Shown: positions 24,383 through 32,293 of the stretch, in pieces
Numbering within the stretch: position 1 is the first letter of the stretch
Layout of the letters: every line of letters starts with the position of its first letter
Source: Lysobacteraceae bacterium
Lineage (GTDB): Bacteria > Pseudomonadota > Gammaproteobacteria > Xanthomonadales > Xanthomonadaceae
Assembly (NCBI GenBank): GCA_003505795.1
Contig: DNXT01000303.1
Coordinates: 1 to 57,729 of the forward strand
Length of the DNA stretch: 57,729 nucleotides
Direction: 5' to 3'
Made by a program: the position numbers and the translations under genes
Notes under the pieces: generated by a model
What the model was told of the DNA's origin: nothing
What the model saw: the letters and a program-made list of their open reading frames with translations, nothing else
The model's database searches: none

Positions 24383-25729
24383 ATGGCTCGCATTGGACAG
24401 CTGATTCTGATTGTGTTGTTCGGCTTGCCATCGATTGCCTTAGCGCAAGGTTGCCCGCGCGGTGGCGGCTGTGATCAGGGTGCGGCCTATGCTGCTGCAT
24501 CGACCATTGCAGCTCAATACGAGTACGAGACGCGCATCGTTCCGGGCACGCCGAACACTTCGAATTGCGCAACGGGTCAGGGATGCTATTACGTTCAAAG
24601 AGTCTCAACAGGAGCTTCGCTCGCGATCACCTATTTCGCTATGGCTGCGACGTGCGACAAGCGGTCGGACTACAACGGCGTTTTCCCTGGAACTTACGGC
24701 GCTCCTAAGAGTGGTTCGGTTCAATGCAATTCGGGCTGCATTCAGGTGTGGACGCCCAATGCAGATAGCACTTGGAACGGTACCTACGTGCTGAACGCGA
24801 CGTGCAATCCCACAGACAACACTGAAAATCAGTGTGCGGCGATGAGCCTGCCTGGGTACCACTACAACAATTACACCCACACCTGTGAGCCCGACACGCA
24901 GGAATGTCCCGCCGGCAAGGAGAAAAACGCGAAGGGCGAGTGCGCAGATCAGGCCTGCCCCAGTGGCATGAAGCTGTCGTCGTTCGGCATCTGCGAGCCC
25001 GAGGCTAACGAGTGCCCAGCTGGTCAGGTGAAGGCGCCCAGCGGCCAATGCCTTCCTGGTGATGGGCAATGTGCCCAGGGCGAAGCAAAGGGTAAGGACG
25101 GTACGTGCAAGCGGGATTCTGACGGCGATGGCCAGCCCGACGAAGGTGAGGACGATGGCTCCAGCGATCCCACTTTCTCCGGTGGTGATAGCTGCGACTC
25201 GCCGCCGTCATGCAGCGGCGACGTGATCATGTGCGGGCAGGCGCGCATCCAGTGGCGCATCGATTGCAACACGCGCAAGAACCGTAACGTCAGCGGCGGT
25301 ACGTGCGATCGCGCACCGGTTTGCACCGGCGAGAAGTGCGACGCGATGGAGTACAGCTCTCTGTTGTTTCAATGGCGTTCTGCCTGTGCAGCTGAAAAGC
25401 TTCTTTCTAAGGGTGGTGATGCCGGTAGCGGCGATTCTCAACCCGATTGGACCAAGGTTAGTGGTGATGGTACCGGTGGCGCTGGCGCTGAACCAGATAA
25501 GCCGCATAGGACTGTTTCGTTGGGTATTGGAATGCTTGATGAGGGCGGATTTCTTCCGGGCTCGGGGCAGTGTCCGAAATTTGGTTCTGTGGATGTGTGG
25601 AAGTTCGGCAAGGTGGACTTAGATCAGTGGCCTTGGATCTGTAGTTTTTTTGCTGCGGTTCGCATCGTGCTGATTGGCCTTGGGGCCTTCATAGCGTTCG
25701 GCATCCTTGCCGGAAGGACGATTTTTTGA
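24383..25729 (+). CDS. Adsorption/minor coat protein (pIII-like), Cys-rich
   Basis: It has a signal peptide, many Cys pairs, an acidic Gly/Asp linker (DSDGDGQPDEGEDDGSSD) and a C-terminal membrane anchor (VLIGLGAFIAFGILAG). Confidence 0.65.
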   Translation: MARIGQLILIVLFGLPSIALAQGCPRGGGCDQGAAYAAASTIAAQYEYETRIVPGTPNTSNCATGQGCYYVQRVSTGASLAITYFAMAATCDKRSDYNGVFPGTYGAPKSGSVQCNSGCIQVWTPNADSTWNGTYVLNATCNPTDNTENQCAAMSLPGYHYNNYTHTCEPDTQECPAGKEKNAKGECADQACPSGMKLSSFGICEPEANECPAGQVKAPSGQCLPGDGQCAQGEAKGKDGTCKRDSDGDGQPDEGEDDGSSDPTFSGGDSCDSPPSCSGDVIMCGQARIQWRIDCNTRKNRNVSGGTCDRAPVCTGEKCDAMEYSSLLFQWRSACAAEKLLSKGGDAGSGDSQPDWTKVSGDGTGGAGAEPDKPHRTVSLGIGMLDEGGFLPGSGQCPKFGSVDVWKFGKVDLDQWPWICSFFAAVRIVLIGLGAFIAFGILAGRTIF

Positions 25730-26049
25730 TGGACGCGATTTTGACCAAGTTGGTCGGCTTGCTTGTGACCGGTCTGAAACTCGCTGCTGGCAGCATCGTC
25801 GGTCGCGTGATGAGCGCGCTAGGCCTTACGTGGGTCAACGTGATTTACGCATTGCCACAGGTGAAACAATGGATCGCCGAGAAGTTCTCGGGTCTGCCTG
25901 ACAACGTGATGGCCATCCTGAGCGCAAGTGGGATCGACGTTTTCATGACCTTGATTGTGAGCGCCATCGTCGCTCGCGTTGGCATGCGCACGTTTACTAC
26001 CTCGATCACTGCATTGGAATCGCTTATTGGACAGGAGCAGGGCACGTGA
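25726..26049 (+). CDS. Minor coat protein (pVI-like)
   Basis: 107-aa hydrophobic protein located between the pIII-like and Zot genes, with ATGA/GTGA couplings. Confidence 0.55.
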   Translation: MMDAILTKLVGLLVTGLKLAAGSIVGRVMSALGLTWVNVIYALPQVKQWIAEKFSGLPDNVMAILSASGIDVFMTLIVSAIVARVGMRTFTTSITALESLIGQEQGT

Positions 26050-27227
26050 TTTATCAGTTCACCGGTCAGCCTGGGCATGGTAAGTCTCTGCATGCGCTTG
26101 ATCTGGCGCTTAAATTCAAGGATGAAGGCCGCGTGGTCTACGCCGGCAACATCCGCAAGCTCGATTACGACAAGTGCGGCCTGCTACCCATCACGCCGGA
26201 GCAATTCAAGGACTGGCCTAACTTCTTGCCCGATGGCGCTGTGTGCTTGATTGACGAATGCTATGAACACGAAATGCTTCCAAAGCGCGGCCCCGGTATG
26301 AAGGTTCCGCATTGGGTTGAGCAGCTGGCTAAGCATCGCCATCGTGGCCTAGATTTCATCTTTGTTTGCCAGTCGCCGGCAAAGCAGATGGATACCTTCG
26401 TGCACGATCTGATCGAGAAGCACACTCATGTGCGCCGCAGGTTCGGCATGAATTTCGTCCACTTGCGCATTTTTGACCGTTACGAGGCGCGGCCGGAGAA
26501 AGCGCACCCGTTGGTGCTTAAGCGCGTTCGCCTGCCTAAGCGACCGATGGGCATGTACGAGTCCACTGAACTGGACACTACCAAGCGAGGCGTGCCCTGG
26601 TACTACTACGCGGCCGGCGTCATCGTGGTTTGCGTCATCGGCGGCGTGGTGTTCGTGGGGACGCGCATCCATCATCAGCTTGATGCGGATCGATTTAAGG
26701 CAACTTCCAAGCCCGTGCCAGGGAGTGACAGAGCGATAGCGACGGCGCGCCCTGGCACGGGCTTGGTAGGCCAAAGCCGTGATCTCGGAACTGCGACGGA
26801 TTATGCGCGGCTGCACCGACCGCGCTTTGGCACGATGCCGTGGACGGCGCCTGCTTATGATGATCGTTCCATTACTGCGGATCCCGAGCTTTATTGCATG
26901 TCGAGTCTTGAGGGTAGGGATGCATTCGGTGTGCATCAGCAGGCAAGCTGCACATGTTTCACTGAGCAGGGAACGCGCTATGAGCTTGGCCAGCCTGAGT
27001 GCCGTACTGTTGCTCGCAATGGAGCGCCTTACAATCCGTATGGCAAGCGGGCTCTAGGAACGTCATCTACTTCATCCGCACCTGCATCTATCCCGGTCAC
27101 TGTTCAATCCGGTGCGTCGATTTCTGGCGTGGTGGTAGGCAAGGAGATTCGAAAGCAGGGGACGTTCCCGGAGTCGCCGAGCTACAACATCGGCAGCTAC
27201 ACACCTAGCACGTCGCGGGAGCTTTGA
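26046..27227 (+). CDS. Zonula occludens toxin-like assembly NTPase (pI/Zot family)
   Basis: An N-terminal P-loop (GQPGHGKS), a central TM helix (YYYAAGVIVVCVIGGVVFVG) and inovirus context support the call. Confidence 0.9.
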   Translation: MIYQFTGQPGHGKSLHALDLALKFKDEGRVVYAGNIRKLDYDKCGLLPITPEQFKDWPNFLPDGAVCLIDECYEHEMLPKRGPGMKVPHWVEQLAKHRHRGLDFIFVCQSPAKQMDTFVHDLIEKHTHVRRRFGMNFVHLRIFDRYEARPEKAHPLVLKRVRLPKRPMGMYESTELDTTKRGVPWYYYAAGVIVVCVIGGVVFVGTRIHHQLDADRFKATSKPVPGSDRAIATARPGTGLVGQSRDLGTATDYARLHRPRFGTMPWTAPAYDDRSITADPELYCMSSLEGRDAFGVHQQASCTCFTEQGTRYELGQPECRTVARNGAPYNPYGKRALGTSSTSSAPASIPVTVQSGASISGVVVGKEIRKQGTFPESPSYNIGSYTPSTSREL

Positions 27228-27232
27228 TTCCG

Positions 27233-27646
27233 TTAGCAGTGTTCTCCGGGGACATTTTCCCATCCACCACCGCGTATTGGCCGGAATGGTGTTCCGTTGA
27301 TGCATTTCCAGGTTTTTCGGTCTTTGGCGCTGCTATTGGCCTGCTCGGCTGAACGTTGCCGCATCTGCTGGATTAGGTATCTGTCTTCCGTGATGCGTTG
27401 TGCACGCTGAGCCAGCGTCATTGTTTGCCATTCGTGGCTGCCCTGGTCATAGACGGCGGGTGGGCGTTCTGAGCTTGAGGCCCGTGGTCGATTGAACCTG
27501 TCGGACCATGCAGCGTGGGTTTCTAAATAAAGCTTCACCCCGAGCGCCATCAGGATGGCAAAGGCGATGCCAATGACGGTTAGCCAAGGGAAGCCGCTGC
27601 GGTCCCTAGGTAATGAGTTCAGGTATTCCGGCCGTTCTCGCTCCAT
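27233..27646 (-). CDS. Reverse-strand phage accessory protein (137 aa), N-terminal TM helix, unknown function
   Basis: The ORF is convergent with zot. It has a TM helix (WLTVIGIAFAILMALGV) and no recognisable family. Confidence 0.5.
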   Translation of the reverse strand: MERERPEYLNSLPRDRSGFPWLTVIGIAFAILMALGVKLYLETHAAWSDRFNRPRASSSERPPAVYDQGSHEWQTMTLAQRAQRITEDRYLIQQMRQRSAEQANSSAKDRKTWKCINGTPFRPIRGGGWENVPGEHC

Positions 27647-27665
27647 GACGCGCCCCCGTGTCCGT

Positions 27666-27712
27666 CAGGGCTCATTGTAGCCCTCAGGGGTGTAGGGGGC
27701 ATGCCCCCTACG
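27666..27712 (+). other. Two strong hairpins in the phage non-coding region (candidate packaging signal or complementary-strand origin)
   Basis: One hairpin is AGGGCT-cattgt-AGCCCT at ~27668-27685. The other is the perfect 20-bp palindrome GTAGGGGGCATGCCCCCTAC at 27693-27712. Confidence 0.4.
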
Positions 27713-27813
27713 GAAAACGCTTCACGCGCGGCCTGTGCGCCTTTGCGCCGATAGCAGTGATGATCCCTTGCCGGTGCCGCATTCCCAAGCAGCCACCTCC
27801 TGCCGACCCGCTT

Positions 27814-28074
27814 CTAGCCAACCCGACCGAAGTGGCGTTCCCGCCAGTCGTCCAGTTCCACGATCACCACCTTGACCTTGGCTTGGTACTGCCGCGCTCT
27901 GGTGCCGGTCTCGGCCTTGCGTCGGCTGGCATAGCCAGCGAGGCGCAGTTCCATCTGGTCGCGCCACAGCAGGCCGCGCAGGCGCTCGGGGGTCATCCGT
28001 TCGCCTTGGGGGCTGACAAGGTAGTTGCCGGCAATGCGCCAGCCTGCGAACGGGGCGGTCAGATACTCACACAT
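27814..28074 (-). CDS. Small conserved inovirus-associated protein (86 aa; possibly the DUF3653 family)
   Basis: The ORF has good coding bias. A paralogous fragment lies at 28236-28361. The family assignment is from memory and needs an HMM search. Confidence 0.55.
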   Translation of the reverse strand: MCEYLTAPFAGWRIAGNYLVSPQGERMTPERLRGLLWRDQMELRLAGYASRRKAETGTRARQYQAKVKVVIVELDDWRERHFGRVG

Positions 28075-28190
28075 GCGTCAATGCTTCCGCGATCCTTGGG
28101 AACTCGTTGAGGCAAGAGGGATGCCAGCAGCAGCTTGAGTAAGCCACCGTAGTAGCCGACCGACCTGGCGCACCAGCCAAGCCATCCACG

Positions 28191-28218
28191 CCAGAACATA
28201 ATATACATTATGCGAAAT
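28191..28218 (-). other. Right dif-like site: on the minus strand ATTTCGCATAA-TGTATA-TTATGTTCTGG (good XerC arm, degenerate XerD arm)
   Basis: Against E. coli dif, the XerC arm matches 8/11 including CGCATAA, the central region 6/6 and the XerD arm 7/11. Confidence 0.7.
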
Positions 28219-28235
28219 TACGTAGTGTGGTGTAG

Positions 28236-28361
28236 CGGCGGCGATCAAGGAAATCGCCGCATGTCGCGGCACCGGCTACGTCTCCCGCAAATCGGCTGTT
28301 CAAGGTCGTGGTTGTGGACCTGGCTGACTGGCGCGCTCGCCACTTCGGCCGCGCCGGCTGA
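28236..28361 (+). pseudogene. 5'-truncated fragment of a second copy of the 27814-28074 phage gene, in mirrored orientation
   Basis: It translates to ...ANRLFKVVVVDLADWRARHFGRAG*, compared with ...YQAKVKVVIVELDDWRERHFGRVG* in the intact gene. The frame opens only 18 nt from the dif-like site. Confidence 0.55.
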
Positions 28362-28690
28362 TCAGCGATCGGCGATCAGTTTGATCTGGAAGATCGAAGC
28401 TGGAGTATTCATTGGATTGTCTCCAAGGATTTGCCCGTCACCACGGAACAAACGCCCATTTCTCGCTTTGCAGGAATGCCTCCTGCTCAGACGTCTCGAT
28501 GGCTCCTGGCCGAACCGCGCGGACAAGGCGCATGGCTTCTTTACGCGGGTAGTGTCTGCCCTCCTCCCCCCGCTCGGTGGCCGCGCTAGCGGAGTGAATT
28601 GGAGGGAGACCTTGGAGGGAGACTTCGACGCACATAGCCTTCGGGATTCGTCACCGAAGCCCAGCCGGCGATCAAGTACCGCTTGCCACG

Positions 28691-29455
28691 CTAAGTCCTG
28701 AAGGACGGGTCCTTGCGATCCAAGCGGCGCAGCAAACCAGGCCAAACCAGCCCTCCGCCGGCGCCCCGCGTCACTTGCTTGGCCTGGCTCTTGGCGGTCG
28801 AAATGATTTGCGGATGGACATGGATGAGGTCGCCATCCCCGGCTTGTGCTCGCACCTGAATCATGCAACTCGCCTCGAACAAATACATGAATACGAAGGT
28901 GTCAGCGATATTGCTGCCCACTGTCAGCAAACCGTGATTCCTCAGCATGAAAAAGTTGGCATCTCCCAGGTCCCTTACCAGCCTCGGCTTTTCTTCGTCA
29001 CGAAGAGCGACGCCTTCGTAGTCATGGGTTGCATAGGAAGACAGGACGAAGATACTTTGCTGGGAGAGCGGCAGCAGGCCGGCCTTCTGGGCACTGACCG
29101 CCACGCCATTGACGCTGTGGACATGCAGGACACACTGTGCGTCTTCCCGGGCGGCATGGATCGCACTGTGAATGGTGAAGCCGGCGGGATTGATGTCGTG
29201 CGGCGAATCCATGACCTTGTTGCCTTGCAAGTCCACCTTGACCAATGACGAAGCGGTAATTTCGTCGAACAGCCAGCCGTACGGATTGATGAGGAAGTGG
29301 TGGTCCGAGTTCGGCACCCGAGCGGATATATGGGTGAAAACAAGATCATCCCACCCATGCAGGGCGACGAGCCGATAGGCGGCAGCCAGGTTGACGCGGG
29401 TTTCCCATTCTTCCGGGCTTACCATCGAACGCACATCGCTGGTTTCGGTATTCAT
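28691..29455 (-). CDS. Class II aldolase/adducin-domain protein
   Basis: Family-typical sequence is present (FTHISARVP...HFLINPYG, AIHAAREDAQCVLHVHS, MLRNHGLLTVG). Confidence 0.85.
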   Translation of the reverse strand: MNTETSDVRSMVSPEEWETRVNLAAAYRLVALHGWDDLVFTHISARVPNSDHHFLINPYGWLFDEITASSLVKVDLQGNKVMDSPHDINPAGFTIHSAIHAAREDAQCVLHVHSVNGVAVSAQKAGLLPLSQQSIFVLSSYATHDYEGVALRDEEKPRLVRDLGDANFFMLRNHGLLTVGSNIADTFVFMYLFEASCMIQVRAQAGDGDLIHVHPQIISTAKSQAKQVTRGAGGGLVWPGLLRRLDRKDPSFRT

Positions 29456-29524
29456 AGCATTCCTCCCTTGGTTCGTTGTGGAAAAGACCGCTCATGGCCC
29501 TGAGCGCTCCTTCACCGATCTGCT

Positions 29525-30871
29525 TCAATCGTCGTTGAATGGAAGATCCTCTCGCCGCTTCCCCGGCGGGCCGGGTTGCGCAATCTCCGAGCAGTTGCTC
29601 GAAACCGTCTTGTTCTCCAGGACCGCATGCACGAAGGCAAGCGAGTCATCGAAGGACCCGTGCAGGGCACCGTCATGCCCATGGCCCTCGTAGCGGTTCC
29701 ATGTGACGTTGTTGCCGGCAGCGCACAGTGCGGAAACGGCGGCGTATTGCCGCACGGGGGGGATGGTGGCATCCGCCAGGCCGGTCCCTACAAGGAGCGG
29801 CACTCCGATATTTCCCATCGGCATGTCCGTTACCGGGATGCGGAGTTCCGCCAGGCGCTCCATGGGGATCGACAATGCCTCGCTCAGATCGGAGACGCGC
29901 AGTTTCCTGGCGAGCCGCACGACGTCTCCGGTGCAACCGCTACGCGCCGCTTCGAGGAGTTGGCGTCCCCTATCGCTGACGATATCGTCGATCTGGGGGC
30001 CGTCGTCACGCAGGCCTCCCGCAGCGAAGCTGAGGAACATGTTGCTGGAGTTGCGCACCGGCTGCGAAACCGGCCCCTCGGGGAAGGTGCTGACGAGTCC
30101 GGTCGCCACCGCGCCGAGCACGTTCAGCTCCGGCGCATATTCGCGGGCGAGCCTCGCCGCCCCCGCCGCGGCGCCGGAGCCCTGGGATTGACCGGCGACG
30201 AAGACGCGGTTCGACAGCTGGCGAGGACGGGCCGCGATGACCGACCGAACGGAATCCAGCACCGAGCGCCCCTCGGCCTGCCAGTTCAGATACGGATGCG
30301 GACCGGGCCCTCCCAGACCCTGATAGTCCGTCACCACCACGACGAAGCCCGCCTTGAGCCACCGGTTGATGTAGGTAGCATCCCGGGGCCGGAAGCCAGT
30401 CCAGGAAGGCGCGCATGCGTCTGCAATTCCCAAGGTCCCGTGCGCCCAGGCCATGACGGGCCAGCCCTCGGCCGGCGCCTTGCCGGCGGGCAAGTAGAGC
30501 GTGCCGCTGACCGGAATCTGGCCCGAATTCCAACGCACGTCCGTCGAGGTGTAGAGGATGCGCCGGCCCTCGCTCGCAGCGTCAATCTCCGGCTGTGCCG
30601 GCATCGCTTCTTCGCGCAGAAGCACGCCGGGTTCGCTGGGCAACGGGTCGGCGGCCCGATAGAACGACGACAGTTCCCTATCACCCGCCGCCGTGCCCAG
30701 CGGCAGACGCCCCTGCGCCGCCGCCACACCAGCCATGGCCGTCAACGCCAGCGCGGCGCATTTCAACGTCGCCCGAGTCATTGCGGGAACAACGGCCCAC
30801 GCCGACATTGCAGACCGACGCACCGGAAAGCGACTGCCGCTGGTGCCTGCACTCATCCTGCCCATATTCAT
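29525..30871 (-). CDS. Secreted lipase / alpha-beta hydrolase (LIP family-like)
   Basis: The nucleophile elbow is GQSQG, followed by YAPELNVLGAV. A signal peptide is present. The true start is probably the internal ATG at 30781 (MTRATLKCAALALTAMAGVAAAQG). Confidence 0.75.
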   Translation of the reverse strand: MNMGRMSAGTSGSRFPVRRSAMSAWAVVPAMTRATLKCAALALTAMAGVAAAQGRLPLGTAAGDRELSSFYRAADPLPSEPGVLLREEAMPAQPEIDAASEGRRILYTSTDVRWNSGQIPVSGTLYLPAGKAPAEGWPVMAWAHGTLGIADACAPSWTGFRPRDATYINRWLKAGFVVVVTDYQGLGGPGPHPYLNWQAEGRSVLDSVRSVIAARPRQLSNRVFVAGQSQGSGAAAGAARLAREYAPELNVLGAVATGLVSTFPEGPVSQPVRNSSNMFLSFAAGGLRDDGPQIDDIVSDRGRQLLEAARSGCTGDVVRLARKLRVSDLSEALSIPMERLAELRIPVTDMPMGNIGVPLLVGTGLADATIPPVRQYAAVSALCAAGNNVTWNRYEGHGHDGALHGSFDDSLAFVHAVLENKTVSSNCSEIAQPGPPGKRREDLPFNDD

Positions 30872-31006
30872 CTCCGCTCCTGCATTCGTGGTTACTCGTG
30901 TTCCATCTCGCGTGGCGCACGTCCTGGCTGTGTTCCGCTCATTCCCGCAATGACCAGGACACGGCCGATGTCTGCCTGATCGGGCAAGATCCGATGCACA
31001 GGCCGC

Positions 31007-32293
31007 TCATGCTTCGATGAACACGGCTCGGAAGTCATTGACGTTAGTGAATGTTGGCCCCGTGATGAGGGAGTCTCCAATGGCCTCGAAAAAATCATGT
31101 CCGCCATTTTGTTCAAGCCGGTCTTGCGGATTAATTCCCGACTGCCGTGCGCGGGACAAGGTGTCCGGATAGATGCAGCCCCCCGCGATTTCGCGCGAAC
31201 CGTCGACGCCGTCCGTGTCGGCCATGAGCGCATGGACGCCGCGTTCCCCCTCCAACGCGATCGCCATCGCCAGCAGACCGTCGACATTGCGACCACCGCT
31301 GCCGGATCCTCGGACCGTCACGGTCGTTTCGCCACCCGAAAGCAATATGCAAGGCGGCGTGAATGGCTGTCCGGCCTTCGCCACCTGGCGCGCAATCGCC
31401 GCCAGCACCTTTCCCACCTCCCTCGCCTCGCCCTCCAGTGCATCACTCAGGACGTACGCGGGAATTCCCGCTTCTGCGGCCACTGCTGCAGCGGCGTCGA
31501 GTGCCATCTGCGGGGTCGCAACCACCCGGATCTCGCTGCGCGCCAGGCGCGGATCGCCAGGCTTGATGGATTCCAGATGCCCGCCTCCGAGCAGATCGGC
31601 GACCTTCGCCGGTACCTCGATCCGGTAGCGACGCAGAATCGCAAGCGCGTCGGCGCATGTCGTGGGGTCCGCGACGGTTGGGCCCGAGGCGATGTCGATC
31701 GGATTGTCGCCCGGCACATCGGATATCAGGAGCGTCAGCACGCGCGCCGGGTAGCAGGCAACCGCCAAACGGCCGCCCTTGACGGCCGAGAGGTGCCGAC
31801 GCACGCAATTGATCTCGCTGATCGTGGCGCCACTGCGGAGCAGGCCCCGGCCTATGGCCTGCTTGTCCTCCAATGCGATCCCGTGAGCCGGCAGCGCCAG
31901 GAGGGACGAGCCTCCGCCGGACATCAGGCACAGGACCAGGTCGTCGGCGCCAAGTCCTTCCACCATACTCAACATCCGCGAGGCCGCGGCCATGCCGGTA
32001 TCGTCCGGAACAGGATGCGCCGCTTCGACAACCTCGATCGAGCGGCACGGCACGCCGTATCCATACCTGGTTACTACGAGGCCGCTGAGCCCGCCGGCCC
32101 AATGGTTCTCCACGGTGCATGCCATCGCTGCCGACGCCTTCCCCGCGCCGATGACGACGAGCCGGCCGGCCGGCGGCGGCGGAAGATGCGCCGGCAGGCA
32201 GGTGGCTGCCTGGGCACGGGCAACCGCCGCGCCAAACATCCGGCTCAGCAGTCGGGCCTGTGCGGACCGCTCAAAGCCGTAGCCACGCGTCAT
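31007..32293 (-). CDS. Glycerate 2-kinase / putative hydroxypyruvate reductase (TtuD, MOFRL family)
   Basis: Contains VVIGAGKASAAMA, LLSGGGSSLL and GGETTVTV blocks. ATG 32293 overlaps the stop of the upstream gene. Confidence 0.85.
   Translation of the reverse strand: MTRGYGFERSAQARLLSRMFGAAVARAQAATCLPAHLPPPPAGRLVVIGAGKASAAMACTVENHWAGGLSGLVVTRYGYGVPCRSIEVVEAAHPVPDDTGMAAASRMLSMVEGLGADDLVLCLMSGGGSSLLALPAHGIALEDKQAIGRGLLRSGATISEINCVRRHLSAVKGGRLAVACYPARVLTLLISDVPGDNPIDIASGPTVADPTTCADALAILRRYRIEVPAKVADLLGGGHLESIKPGDPRLARSEIRVVATPQMALDAAAAVAAEAGIPAYVLSDALEGEAREVGKVLAAIARQVAKAGQPFTPPCILLSGGETTVTVRGSGSGGRNVDGLLAMAIALEGERGVHALMADTDGVDGSREIAGGCIYPDTLSRARQSGINPQDRLEQNGGHDFFEAIGDSLITGPTFTNVNDFRAVFIEA

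Larger units (their letters stand above)
21159..28218 (+). mobile_element. Integrated filamentous phage (inovirus, Cf/Xf-like), unit length ~7.03 kb, bounded by dif-like XerCD sites; no integrase and no secretin gene
   Basis: The gene set is a repressor, small ORFs, HUH Rep, ssDNA-binding protein, major coat, Cys-rich pIII-like, pVI-like and Zot/pI. Composition is more AT-rich than the flanks. Both ends carry a TATACA core with Xer arms, and the cores are 7032 bp apart. Confidence 0.85.

Noticed and set aside
21159-28218. Search for a pIV-type secretin, an integrase or a toxin-antitoxin pair inside the prophage
   Set aside because: No ORF of suitable size or motif is present. The absence of integrase and secretin is itself consistent with XerCD-dependent phages that use a host secretin.
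28078-28272. 64-aa minus-strand ORF spanning the right dif-like site
   Set aside because: It crosses the recombination site and the phage/chromosome junction and has no coding bias or RBS. It is most likely fortuitous.
28362-28868. ORFs 28362..28868 (-), 28210..28701 (+) and 28438..28635 (-), plus a 16-codon ORF MNTPASIFQIKLIADR at 28362-28412 (-)
   Set aside because: No family resemblance was found. Their composition is mixed, and they overlap the aldolase 3' end or the phage-gene fragment. They are kept only as an unassigned remnant region.
29576-30979. Long plus-strand ORFs antisense to the island genes (29576..30979, 31097..32317, 32260..33435, 33707..34714, 35631..36590, 38074..39330)
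   Set aside because: Each is the shadow of a minus-strand gene with a strong family match (lipase, glycerate kinase, dehydrogenase, AtuA, tartrate dehydrogenase, TonB receptor).
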